Source: a virus (taxonomy: Duplodnaviria; Caudoviricetes). Taken from it: a stretch of 64,000 nucleotides of DNA. The stretch is taken from positions 3,913 to 67,912 of IMG/VR virus record IMGVR_UViG_3300036773_000110, one strand, 5' to 3'. Each line of letters opens with the position of its first letter. Within the stretch, counting starts at the first letter, position 1. Shown in pieces: positions 19,401 through 26,957 of the stretch. Both the position numbers and the translations under genes were made by a program. The notes under the pieces were generated by a model, which had not been told where the DNA came from, ran no database searches, and saw only the letters and a list, made by a program, of their open reading frames with translations.

Positions 19401-20483
19401 AGCTACCTGAGCGGCGCGGGAAGTTGCCTGGGCCGACGCTAGCGAGCGTTCACTGTCCTGGACGCGGCTGAGCGCCGTCTCCTGCGCCTGCGCGAGGGAA
19501 TCCTGCGCCCGAGCGGATGCCTCACGGGCCGACTGAACCTCTTCGGCGCCGGACACCGCCGTGTGGTCGGCGGAGGTCTGCGCGGACTCCAGCGCGCTCT
19601 GCGCGGACGCGACGGAGTTGGCCGCCGAGGTCCGCGCCTTGGCATTGGTGGTCGCCTTCTTGGCCGACTCGTCGTCGGCGGCCTGGTATGCCTTCAGGGC
19701 GGTACCGACGCCGTTGAACGCCAGCAACAGCGTCCCGACACCCTGGGCCGCGCCGGTGATCGCGGCCGGGATGGCGGCGATCGCGGCAGCGGCGGCCGGG
19801 GCGGCGAACCCGGCGGCGCCGATGCCCGCCGTGAGCAGAGCCATGATGGCGATCGCGCGGGACGCGGTCGAGGACTCGACGTTGATCTGGGCCTTCTGCC
19901 CGTTGATGTGCTGGATCTCGCTGTCCAGCGCCGCGAGCTGGGCCTGTGCCCCTGCGGTGTCGGCGTCGGCCTGGATCTCGATACGTGCGCGCTTGGCCTC
20001 CAGCGCGGCGATTTGCGCCTCGACCTTCGCCGTCTGGAGATCGACGTCGACACCGATCTTCGGCGTGCTGTTCGCCAGCTCCGCGAGCTTGGCGCGCGCC
20101 TGGGCAAGGTCGAGGTCCACCTGCGCGAGGACGGAGATGCGCTTGGCCGCCAACTCCTTCGCCTTGGCCTCGGCGAGCCGGGTGTCGAGGTCGGCTTCCA
20201 GCTCGACCTTCTGGCCCTTGCCGACGCCGGAGAGCTGCTTGCCCACATTGGACAGATCAAGCTTCGGCTCGCCGAGGTCGACCTGCGTACCCTTGGCCGC
20301 CTTCTCCGCCGCACGCCGGACTTCGTTGCCGAAGTTCTTCATGTCGATCTGCGCCGGGATGTTGATCGGACGCATCCTCGACACGAAGTCGTCGACCTTG
20401 CGCTGTGTGCCGTCGAAGGACGGGGCGACTTCCAGGAACGCCCGGCCGATTTCGTATCCTGCGCCCTTGGCCACGGGGGTCAC
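13470..20483 (-). CDS. Tape measure protein with NlpC/P60 and lytic-transglycosylase-like domains
   Basis: 2337 aa, Ala-rich helical; GKPYIWGG..GYDCSG; GESRW..N.SSGAYGIPQAL..NPATQI.WGLGYIK.RYG-like motif; start may be GTG 20474. Confidence 0.93.
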   Translation of the reverse strand: MTPVAKGAGYEIGRAFLEVAPSFDGTQRKVDDFVSRMRPINIPAQIDMKNFGNEVRRAAEKAAKGTQVDLGEPKLDLSNVGKQLSGVGKGQKVELEADLDTRLAEAKAKELAAKRISVLAQVDLDLAQARAKLAELANSTPKIGVDVDLQTAKVEAQIAALEAKRARIEIQADADTAGAQAQLAALDSEIQHINGQKAQINVESSTASRAIAIMALLTAGIGAAGFAAPAAAAAIAAIPAAITGAAQGVGTLLLAFNGVGTALKAYQAADDESAKKATTNAKARTSAANSVASAQSALESAQTSADHTAVSGAEEVQSAREASARAQDSLAQAQETALSRVQDSERSLASAQATSRAAQVALNQAREDAVARIDDLKLSLKGAALDEESASIALEKAQQKLQALKDAGVGPTTLDYREADLAARQAAQSLAEVRDRYSDLQKQSAYAAKTGVEGDKAVIAAHQAADDATARVQESERSLAQARTDGARQVAQAQAQAAQAAQAVSQSQEHAAWANEAATKAVADAQRSLAAAAVTAGTDGTTAMDKLQLAMSKLSPAGRSFVTFLQKEAKPALQDMGSAVQAALLPKLTVAFRNLLELSPEVTAGLTDTANVLGDLALKGSRMMTSGPWRKDFATIMKTNNQVMYDLGDAGLSITDSFRSLLVAVGPVLLDFAQMAANGAATFNTFIQGKRATGELAAFMRDAGENLKDVLHFLVDVGKAVVDLALALAPLGGGLIKIVDAFARLISSFTTAHPLLTNIIAGVGLGVTALLLLGRAVNGVVGAFASGKLGLTRFTGTMGNLRDKVQSAADGTGRWSGAAQAAINPVGKLRDAAKSLADAYREGDRATRQWMTTQLNAQAVPSGGGNAGGALVAQARQVADMRSRLADFATGAQDMAARVGAAASSAADAILTRIGPASLSLVERMDDIGAAVSRTASALGVKLANGLEAVRNPADLLDRTMARVAVGIEDAGAKLRSVFNPPVRETAAVLDQGTSAAGRMADAVRTRLSEGMSVAGTAIRNLGPAIRDGLTNAVSVVSGAASNLGASVSTGMSRAATGFESGLVRIAGAAGGAAQAIGKGLGGAMSGLFNALGGPWGLAITGATLLLGFLVDKQQEAAQKAEDYKRDVDSLTEAYKQSNGFLDDNIINTNNKALADANAADNARAAGSSFDVYAAAANGNATALDQVTKASDSALHSIANQAGLTSQQGDALAAVGTTALSTGQNYTNLAQDVSIATDSFDANGNGIIGLTKAQLSQVSAILNGNAAVGDQIKKNKDARDTYLLLEAASANVTDATVKQWEAQQKLRDVTKELAEASLTLRDAQNDLHDSQKGITEAQSDYNAAVKEHGADSKEASDASDRLSDARRSEEHSILSLLDAAQRESEARNHNLPELERENKATTDRNKALLDVVKTYKGDLPQAVKDSIKGMDLASASAAGFTTTIDDFGAAIVKLPDGTSIKLDADDRPARTKIDATVTYANGQHATVTLFADTDPATGETVFWQRNSDGTVAKAQLDAITDVATGKVQIWKTNADGTRGLTNLDAFTDPADGKVKIWKDAADHTKGWAVLDANTQPATDKLTAYGKWAQDYLSQLNLTVTPTAPAPGAPPLPLHSALGNLLEFYSAGGFRQVQGMSATVARVVPPNTLRVVGDRAQGDEAFIPVNTSPRSVDILRETAKRMGFLLAPIAQMALGGVLGLAAGAVATPSGGPGAATTAAGAAPVAPAAPDQLAALTAAMGGSTDAANALAVALAALQTATVSFTTTALVPLVGQVNAAVNPALNALMALLPPVQGGFNATAAVIASSTAGMTASTANAVTQIGGYLATLRTGLQLTGQAFANTSGWVNTTWSAIRGYTRQPVVDTLAGPVNAGLVTAWNYLDSSFGLNHHLNPVPIAFAEGGAVHGPGTGTSDSILTRLSNGEYVMPAWLTKRILPFLEALRGGQAEALQAAGYAQGGIVADTGSQLNAAVTKAQAFAAAQRGKPYIWGGVGPAGYDCSGLASAVTNVLLGAASPYKRLGQAASEPWPGFVRGLSSSWALGASPVHTAGTLGGINVEATGDHVRFGGDAHGADDSQFSAQSSLPVVGGKFISGGGADFDPAALVASAFTDTAAMIANLRGRYPGNIAASSGAGEAAYGSDALQKIAVQKIAVNSVAGGPAVAAAQNFARSALPRFGWGPEQMAPLVSLWQGESRWDYTALNRSSGAYGIPQALPAEKMASQGPDWRTNPATQILWGLGYIKGRPDYGSPAAAYAQWSSRSPHWYDDGGWLPPGYTTVANHTGEPEAILTQDQWNALSSMAGLQRGTSGRSVTVNARTDASPEHIAHVIDRHMSIGARL

Positions 20484-21007
20484 CTCCCCCCGGTCATCCG
20501 ATTGACGATGTCGTCGATGCGCTCGACACGGTGGCGGGCTTCGATGCGCTGGAACGCCGTCTCCGGTCGCGGTGCCCGGTTGGGCCGCTGGAAGGCGCTG
20601 CGCTTGGGGGTGTTGACCGCGACGAGGGTTTCGTTGATCGCGTTCATCGCGTCGAAGAGGTTGTCCAGCCGCGCGGCGATCTCGCTGTAGCCAGCCAGCG
20701 GGACGCGAGGTTCCTCGTCATCGTCGATCCGGGGCAGCGCCGCCGCGATCGCGGCGAAATCCTCGTCATCGTCGATCGCGGCCTTGTAGCGGGAGTGCCG
20801 GGGAAGCCTGGAGATGAGCCGTTCCAGCTGACCCCACGGCTTGTGCCCCCGGAAAAAGTCGAGGAGGTCCCATCCGCGTTCGAACAGCTCGTACTCGATC
20901 TCCCCGCCGAACCGGTCGAGCAGCTCTATGCGGCGCTGGAGTTCGCGCGCGGCGTCGAACGCTTCCGCGTGGTGGTGCGCCGGACGGGCGGCTTGGAGGA
21001 TTTTCCC
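20480..21007 (-). CDS. Tail assembly chaperone, frameshifted (GT) extension
   Basis: The -1 frame is open from GGGAAAA (21007-21001) to TGA 20480; LLDFFRGHKPWGQLERLISRLPRHSRY; no own start. Confidence 0.8.
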   Translation of the reverse strand, partial: GKILQAARPAHHHAEAFDAARELQRRIELLDRFGGEIEYELFERGWDLLDFFRGHKPWGQLERLISRLPRHSRYKAAIDDDEDFAAIAAALPRIDDDEEPRVPLAGYSEIAARLDNLFDAMNAINETLVAVNTPKRSAFQRPNRAPRPETAFQRIEARHRVERIDDIVNRMTGGR

Positions 21008-21333
21008 GGCTCCACCTCGGTCTCCGGGGTCTCCGGGTCGTCTTCGATGAACCCGAACTTGCGCATGACGTCGAGCAGAAACCCGTCCAGGACATGGTGC
21101 GGGTGGTCGGCGGACAGCTCCGCGACGCGGCCCCCCGCCTCCTCGCCGAGCAGGGCGACGAGCAGCGCATCCGCGTCGCCGGACGCCTGGGCTTCGGCGA
21201 TCTTCTTGCCCTGGCGGCGGGTCGGGTACGGGATGACGTAGACCTCGTCATCGGTGAGGGGAAGCTCGATCGCGTTGTCCTCGATAACGCCGGATTCCGC
21301 GACGTACGCGTCCCAGCCTTTGAGCGACTTCAT
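20926..21333 (-). CDS. Tail assembly chaperone (G-like)
   Basis: Between major tail and tape measure genes; slippery site near 3' end. Confidence 0.85.
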   Translation of the reverse strand: MKSLKGWDAYVAESGVIEDNAIELPLTDDEVYVIPYPTRRQGKKIAEAQASGDADALLVALLGEEAGGRVAELSADHPHHVLDGFLLDVMRKFGFIEDDPETPETEVEPGKSSKPPVRRTTTRKRSTPRANSSAA

Positions 21334-21369
21334 GGATTGTCCTTGGGGTGGCGTCGTTGTGGCGTGCGG

Positions 21370-21576
21370 TCAGTTGTCGTCGGTCTCGGCCGTGGCCTTC
21401 GGCTTCGGCGCGCGCACGGTGGGGCGCTGAGGTTCGCTGAGTGGGGCCGGAGCCGGCTCGGTTGCGGGGGCGGGGCGGTAGCCCTGGCCGTAGCGCAGAT
21501 CGTTGTATTCGGCGGCGGAGCGCGCGGTGAACACGCGGCCGTCCGGCGCGATGAGCTTTTCGGCGAAGCTGGTCAT
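21370..21576 (-). CDS. Small hypothetical tail-module protein
   Basis: AGGAG RBS; MTSFAEKLIAPDGRVFTARSAAEYNDLRYGQGY. Confidence 0.7.
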   Translation of the reverse strand: MTSFAEKLIAPDGRVFTARSAAEYNDLRYGQGYRPAPATEPAPAPLSEPQRPTVRAPKPKATAETDDN

Positions 21577-21602
21577 GGTTCTCCTGGGAAGTCGGTGGAG
21601 GC

Positions 21603-21648
21603 GGTTGGGGCGCCGGGGACACCACCCGTGGCAACCGGCGCCCCAACC
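21603..21648. terminator. 14-bp hairpin after the major tail gene (terminator or mRNA stabiliser)
   Basis: GGTTGGGGCGCCGG / CCGGCGCCCCAACC. Confidence 0.55.
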
Positions 21649-21655
21649 GGGTTCG

Positions 21656-22594
21656 TCAGGCGACGCCAACCGCCGGGCTGGTGCCGCCGGTCAGGCCGGT
21701 GCCGCTCGCGGTCATGGCCGGAACGTTGGTGCCGGAGAACTGCCCCTGGAACATGACCACCCACGGGCCGCCAGCGGAACCGGTGACGGCGACGTCGCCC
21801 GGCAGCACGTTGGACAGTGCCTCGATCGCGGCCTGCACCGTCGCGGCCGTCGCGTTGAACGCGATGGCGGAGGTGGTCTGGCCGCTGAAGGTCAAGGTGT
21901 ACGTGCCGCCAGTCGGCGCGCCGGTGATGGTCACGGTCTGGGTGTCGTTCGCGAAACCCATGTCGCTCAGCAGGCTTGCGATGCCCGGACCGCCCCACAT
22001 CTCCCGCATGGCGAAACCGAGGTCATCGTCCACATAGGCGGTGAACGTGAGCGGATACCGAAGTTCGTCGCCCTTGGTCCAGGGCTGCTCCGCGTAGTCC
22101 GTAATGGACGCTCGCGGGCAGAACCGGGCGAAGTAGATCGTGTCCGCACCCTGACCGTCCGAGGCGACGGCGAGCAGGCGCCAGTACCGGGTGGACGGCG
22201 TCCGGCTGCGGTTGAACCCGAGTTCCTTTGTGGTCGCGTCCGGGGTGATCCCGGACAGGTCCACGTTGTGGAACATTTCCAGGCTCAGGAGCTTGGTTTC
22301 CTGTGCCAGCACGACAAGTCCGGTGACGTCCGAGCTGATGTCGCGGCGCGTCGGCTCACTGGAGCCGTGCGACCGGACGTCGTCGCTGTTGACGTCCCGA
22401 GTCCAGTTGACGCCGTCGCTTTCCGTGTGGTGGCCCAGAGAGCGCCAGGCGGCGGGAAGGGTCACCAGATCGCCGGAGGCACCGGTGGTGATGGCAGTGA
22501 TCGGGTCGGAAGCCTCGTCGGCGGCGAAAATGGCCGCGTCCTGGGCCTTGCGGATGAGCTTCTGCTGGCGCTGCGCGAGAGTCGCGATGGACAT
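21656..22594 (-). CDS. Major tail tube protein with C-terminal accessory beta domain
   Basis: ATG 22594; SLGH..SDGV, SHGSSEPTRRDI, YPLTFTAY motifs; C-terminal QTVTITGAPTGGTYTL domain. Confidence 0.85.
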   Translation of the reverse strand: MSIATLAQRQQKLIRKAQDAAIFAADEASDPITAITTGASGDLVTLPAAWRSLGHHTESDGVNWTRDVNSDDVRSHGSSEPTRRDISSDVTGLVVLAQETKLLSLEMFHNVDLSGITPDATTKELGFNRSRTPSTRYWRLLAVASDGQGADTIYFARFCPRASITDYAEQPWTKGDELRYPLTFTAYVDDDLGFAMREMWGGPGIASLLSDMGFANDTQTVTITGAPTGGTYTLTFSGQTTSAIAFNATAATVQAAIEALSNVLPGDVAVTGSAGGPWVVMFQGQFSGTNVPAMTASGTGLTGGTSPAVGVA

Positions 22595-22668
22595 AGAGAG
22601 CCCCCTTCGTGAATTGGGCTGAGGAACAGCCCCGAGGAGGGGCTGAGGGTTCGGCGTGTGGTGGGCAG

Positions 22669-23046
22669 TCAGCGCGTCCGGCGCAGCGCGAGGCGGTAGG
22701 TCGCCACGTAGCGCTGGCTCTTCGGGTCGCCGTAGGGCGCGAAGGTGGGCGCGGACTCGGTCCAGGACTGATCGATGCTGGCGTGGCCGAATCCCGTTGC
22801 GGGGGCGGCAAGGATGAGTTGCCTGCACTGCTCGGACATGTCCGCCGCTTGCCGACGTGTCGCGCCGAAGCAGTCGACCTGGATGCGTGGGAGGTCGGTG
22901 ATCATGTCGTCGGCGCCGCCGATGCGACGGACCACGACAAGAGGCGGCGCGATCACCTCGGGTGTAGCGAGCACTGTTGGGCCCACGGGTTCCAACAGTT
23001 GGAGCGTGAAATCTTCGATATCGGGGAACGCGTTGAGCAGTTCCAT
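22669..23046 (-). CDS. Tail terminator / completion protein
   Basis: VVRRIGGADD..DLPRIQVDCFG; position before major tail gene. Confidence 0.75.
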   Translation of the reverse strand: MELLNAFPDIEDFTLQLLEPVGPTVLATPEVIAPPLVVVRRIGGADDMITDLPRIQVDCFGATRRQAADMSEQCRQLILAAPATGFGHASIDQSWTESAPTFAPYGDPKSQRYVATYRLALRRTR

Positions 23047-23049
23047 GCC

Positions 23050-23406
23050 TCACCCCCGGTGCTTCCGGGCCTGCCCGGGGTCGGCGTCTTCGATACGGTC
23101 GAGGAGCTTGGTCAGCGGCCGGGGCGGCACGAGGATGTCTGCGGACCCGATCTCCAGAATCGCGGCGTACGGAGTGTTCGCCGCGATCTCCACGGCCGCG
23201 CGCGGGAGTCCGTTGATCGTGACCGTGATCGCGCTGACCGTGATGGAGTCGACGTATTCCCCGGTGTTGCGCTTGAACAGCGTGGGCGCGAGGGCGCGGA
23301 GTTCGTCGGCCCAGTAGCGGCCGACCACCTGAGTCATGTGCTGGGAGACCCTGCGGCTCGTGGCGAGCCTGGTGAATCCGGCCGCGTCAGGCTGGTACAC
23401 GCCCAT
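23050..23406 (-). CDS. Head-tail joining / neck protein (HK97 gp10-like)
   Basis: TGEYVDSI and YAAILEIG motifs; position. Confidence 0.65.
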   Translation of the reverse strand: MGVYQPDAAGFTRLATSRRVSQHMTQVVGRYWADELRALAPTLFKRNTGEYVDSITVSAITVTINGLPRAAVEIAANTPYAAILEIGSADILVPPRPLTKLLDRIEDADPGQARKHRG

Positions 23407-23410
23407 CGGA

Positions 23411-23731
23411 TCACCCCGCTATTCGCTTGAGAGCAACAACATCGGGTGGGTTCCAGCCACCCCATGGGGATTCCCATTGCTCCGGGCGGCCGTCGACTTG
23501 GTAGACGGTGCCGTCGTCGAACTCGATCTCGTCGGATGCCTCGATCCCGGCGGTGGCCGGGGTATACAGGTCCGCGTCGGCGACCACGGTCGTGGACCGG
23601 TCGTTGTCCTCGGAGCTGCTTCGGGGTGCGAAGACGCACCCTCCAATGTGGAAGGTGCCGACGAGCTGCCGGTCGCCGTACCGGTTGAGCCGGTAGCGCC
23701 GGACGGTGACGGTGTGCTGGTTCAGAGCCAC
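23411..23731 (-). CDS. Head-to-tail stopper
   Basis: DEIEFDDGTVYQVDGRPEQW..P motif; position. Confidence 0.75.
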   Translation of the reverse strand: MALNQHTVTVRRYRLNRYGDRQLVGTFHIGGCVFAPRSSSEDNDRSTTVVADADLYTPATAGIEASDEIEFDDGTVYQVDGRPEQWESPWGGWNPPDVVALKRIAG

Positions 23732-24192
23732 GGCTTGTCCACCGTTCCGATGGGAAACAGCTCGCAGCCGAAGTCATCTTCGACGTAGAGCGTGCTGTCC
23801 CAGTCCTCACCCCGGGTAGTGCGTTGGGTCCACAGGCCGGTGCTTTCCTTGCGGTAGCGCCGGACGATGGCCAGTTCGGCGGGGGTGAGGTAGACCCCGA
23901 CCTCGGCGGCCTTCAGCGTCCGGCTGAAGGGGCCGATCGTCTGACTGATCTCGCTGTCCGGGTTCCGGTAGGTCCGTAGTGATGCACCGAGCACTACCCG
24001 GACGAGAGGAGCAGGCGCCGTGATGTCGGTGGTGACGGGGTCTACCCAGTCCTGGCGGGTTTCCTCGCGCACGAGGGCGGAGGCATCATCCAATGCGGCC
24101 TGCGCGCGCGCCCGCTCCGGCCCGGCGAGAGTGTCTGCGTCCAGGCCGAGGCGAGCTTCGAGGTCGTTGACCGTGGCGAGCGCGGGCAGCAT
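23722..24192 (-). CDS. Head-to-tail adaptor
   Basis: ATG 24192; LATVNDLEARLG, RTYRNPD..ISQTIGPFS. Confidence 0.8.
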   Translation of the reverse strand: MLPALATVNDLEARLGLDADTLAGPERARAQAALDDASALVREETRQDWVDPVTTDITAPAPLVRVVLGASLRTYRNPDSEISQTIGPFSRTLKAAEVGVYLTPAELAIVRRYRKESTGLWTQRTTRGEDWDSTLYVEDDFGCELFPIGTVDKPWL

Positions 24193-24203
24193 CGGCGTTC
24201 TCC

Positions 24204-25430
24204 TTACAGGAGGGAGAGCTTGACTGCGCGGACGAACGACCCGAGGGTGCTTCCGGTGGTCGCGGTGGCAACCGTGACGCCCGGCGCAGTGCCACCGGTC
24301 AGACCCGTACCGCTCGCGGTCATGGCCGCGACGTCGGTGCCGGAGAGCGTTCCCGTGAAGCTCACGCTGTACGGGCCACCGGCGGAGCCCGACACCGAGA
24401 CGTTCCCGGTGCCGATGGTGGACAGTCCGGCCAGCGCCGCCTGAACGGTGGTCGACGTCGCGTTGTACGCGATCGCCGCTGTGGTCTGACCCCCGTAGCT
24501 CAGGGTGAAGGTGCCACCCGTGGGGGCGCCGGTGACGGTGACGGTCTGCCGCTCGTTGGTCTTGCCATCCGCCACGATGTTCGTTCCGGCGTAAACGTCC
24601 ACAAGGGACCGATCCTGCACGTTCCGGAAGTCGTAGTCGCGGAGCCAGCGCATCGCGAGCCCCTGATACGCCTGGGAGTGCCCGAAGCTCGCACCGTCCG
24701 GGACGGACGGAGCCTTCATGCTCAGGACGTACGCGGTGCGGTGGAAGCAGTACCCGACGTCGGGCGGGAGAGCGTTGCTGACGTAGATGTTGCCGAAGCC
24801 CGCGACGCGACCGATGACGGCATCGCGCAGGGCACTGTCCGAGCCGGACTTGTCGACCATCGCGATGTGTTCGCTCTTCAGGAAAACACCTTCCAAGTCC
24901 GCACCCACAACACACGTGCGCTCGCTCATCGGAATGTTCGCCTTGTTCATGGCCACGCGGGCATCGACGAGGGTGTTGTAGGGGTCGGCGGTGTCGATGT
25001 CCAGCTCGGTGGCGTAGGTCGCGCCGACCATTTCCGCCGCGAGCTTGTCTTCCAAGCCCTCGGCAACGGCCCGCACCTGCGGGGCGAGGATCTGTCCGCC
25101 GAAGGAGGTGATGTCCAGCGCCAGTTCCTCATCGGTGATCGGGACGGCGTTGTAGATGGCCTCGTCCAGGGTGACGTCCACCTTGGTCTCGGTCAGCTCG
25201 TCCATGGTGATGATGCCGTTGCCCTCGGACGCGCTGGTTCGGGTTCCGCGCAGGACGCGGGTGCGCGCCTGGGTGCGTGCCGGGACGCGGATGGAGATGG
25301 TGTCTCCCCCGGCTCCGGCGAAGTCGCCTCCGGCGTCGCGCCAGACGAGGGCGGGGAGAACGATCTCCCGCTCCAGCAGTCCAAGTGCGGCGGACGCAAT
25401 CTTGGTTGCCTTCAGAAACGTGTTGACCAC
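24204..25430 (-). CDS. Major capsid protein with inserted accessory beta domain
   Basis: GAGGDTISIRVPA, AFHRTA-like motif, YDF...DR; follows scaffold gene. Confidence 0.9.
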   Translation of the reverse strand: MVNTFLKATKIASAALGLLEREIVLPALVWRDAGGDFAGAGGDTISIRVPARTQARTRVLRGTRTSASEGNGIITMDELTETKVDVTLDEAIYNAVPITDEELALDITSFGGQILAPQVRAVAEGLEDKLAAEMVGATYATELDIDTADPYNTLVDARVAMNKANIPMSERTCVVGADLEGVFLKSEHIAMVDKSGSDSALRDAVIGRVAGFGNIYVSNALPPDVGYCFHRTAYVLSMKAPSVPDGASFGHSQAYQGLAMRWLRDYDFRNVQDRSLVDVYAGTNIVADGKTNERQTVTVTGAPTGGTFTLSYGGQTTAAIAYNATSTTVQAALAGLSTIGTGNVSVSGSAGGPYSVSFTGTLSGTDVAAMTASGTGLTGGTAPGVTVATATTGSTLGSFVRAVKLSLL

Positions 25431-25495
25431 GAAGACCTCCTTTAAGGTCGGTTAGACCGCCAGCGGCCTTCGCGGCTTGCCGTGCGGTGGAGAGA

Positions 25496-26074
25496 TCAGT
25501 GGCGGCCGATGGCGTCCGCGAGCTTGCGCGGGTCCATCTCCTCCGGGTTGTCGTCCGGCTCGCCGCCCCCGGACAGCCGTTCCTTCGGCTTGCCGGGCGG
25601 TTCCTTCTTGGTCGTGGTGGCGTTGTCCTTCTGTGGCGCGAAAAGGGCGAACAGCTCGTCGCAGTCCGCTTCCAAGTCCTCGTCGCTGTCACCGGAAATG
25701 CGCTTGGCCACGGCCTTGATGTGCGCGAGCGTCGCGCCTTCGGGCGCGCGGTCGAGGGCCATCTGGAGCTTCCGTGCGCTGGACTCGGCCTTTGTGGCAC
25801 GGGTCTTGGCGTCCTCGGCGGCCTCTTGGAGGCGCTGCCCCTCGGTCTTGTCCTTGTCCTCGTAGTTCTTGAGCTTTGCCAGGAGTTCCGCCGTCTGCTT
25901 CTTGGCGGCGTTCTTCTCCCGCTTCATCGCGTCGAGCGCGCGCTTACCGGCATCGCCGAGCTTGCTGGCGTCGCCGTCCTCCTCGGACGTGGGGTCGTCC
26001 TTTGTGGTGTCCGGCTTGTCGTCGGGCTTGTCGTCCACCGTCTCGTCGGGCTTGTCGACGTCTTCCTCGGCCAT
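25496..26074 (-). CDS. Capsid scaffolding protein
   Basis: Acidic N-terminus, LGDAGKRALDAMKRE coiled coil, DPRKLAD C-terminus. Confidence 0.85.
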   Translation of the reverse strand: MAEEDVDKPDETVDDKPDDKPDTTKDDPTSEEDGDASKLGDAGKRALDAMKREKNAAKKQTAELLAKLKNYEDKDKTEGQRLQEAAEDAKTRATKAESSARKLQMALDRAPEGATLAHIKAVAKRISGDSDEDLEADCDELFALFAPQKDNATTTKKEPPGKPKERLSGGGEPDDNPEEMDPRKLADAIGRH

Positions 26075-26141
26075 GCGGGGTTCCTTTCCCATTGCGGGAT
26101 GGCCGCTCGTCGTTGCGACGGCGGCCGGGTGGATGGGGTGA

Positions 26142-26954
26142 TCAGCGCCCGGTGCGCTGGGTGGGGATTGCTGCCTGGCGGGCTTCGAATGCCTGGCGGA
26201 AGGCGTTCACGACGGCCTTGCCGCTGTGGCCCTTCTTGGCGTCTTTCCACATCTGGTTGAGTTCGCGGGTTTCGTCCGGCCAGTCCTGTTTGGCCAGGCG
26301 GCGGAACATCGGCTCGGCACCGCACATGCAGTTGTCGTGATACTTCTGACCGGGGCCGCGCTCGCTGCGCACCGTCGTGCGAAGGGCGGTCTCCTCGGTC
26401 AGATACACCGGGCCGCGCGAGGCCAGCATCGCGCAGAAGTAGCAAGGCTTGGGCCCCAAAGTCCGCACGAAGCCGACGCTGCGAGTGTCGGACGCAACGG
26501 CTGTGTCGATGGCGTCCCGGCCGCCGTTGAGCACGTGCCGGGACGCGGCGCCGGAGACGCTGACGAGCGCCTGGCGCCCGATGTCCTTGAGGTCCCGGCC
26601 CAACGCGGTGTCGTGCTTGATCTTCACCGGACCGGTGACGATCAGGGATGTCCGGATCGCGTCAAGGTTCGGCCGGATCAGGTCGGCGAGATGGTCGGCG
26701 TGGAAGGCCGGGAGCCCCGTCTCCGCCGAACGGAACTTGTCGTAGTAGACCAGGGAGAGCGTCGCGGACTGCGTGCGGAAACCGATGACCAGGTCGAGAA
26801 CGAGGCTCAGCCACGATGCCGCAGTGGCATCGAGGCGCACCGGGTCGAGCAGCGGCCACACCTTGTGCAGCTCACGAAGGAACTGGGCTCGCAGCGCGAT
26901 CTGCTGCCTCCGGAGGCGTTCAGTGAGCAGCTGGCCAGGGATCGTGTCAGCCAT
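26142..26954 (-). CDS. Minor capsid / MuF-like head morphogenesis protein
   Basis: CYFCAMLASRG.VY and KYHDNCMC motifs; between portal and scaffold. Confidence 0.75.
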   Translation of the reverse strand: MADTIPGQLLTERLRRQQIALRAQFLRELHKVWPLLDPVRLDATAASWLSLVLDLVIGFRTQSATLSLVYYDKFRSAETGLPAFHADHLADLIRPNLDAIRTSLIVTGPVKIKHDTALGRDLKDIGRQALVSVSGAASRHVLNGGRDAIDTAVASDTRSVGFVRTLGPKPCYFCAMLASRGPVYLTEETALRTTVRSERGPGQKYHDNCMCGAEPMFRRLAKQDWPDETRELNQMWKDAKKGHSGKAVVNAFRQAFEARQAAIPTQRTGR

Positions 26955-26957
26955 CGT

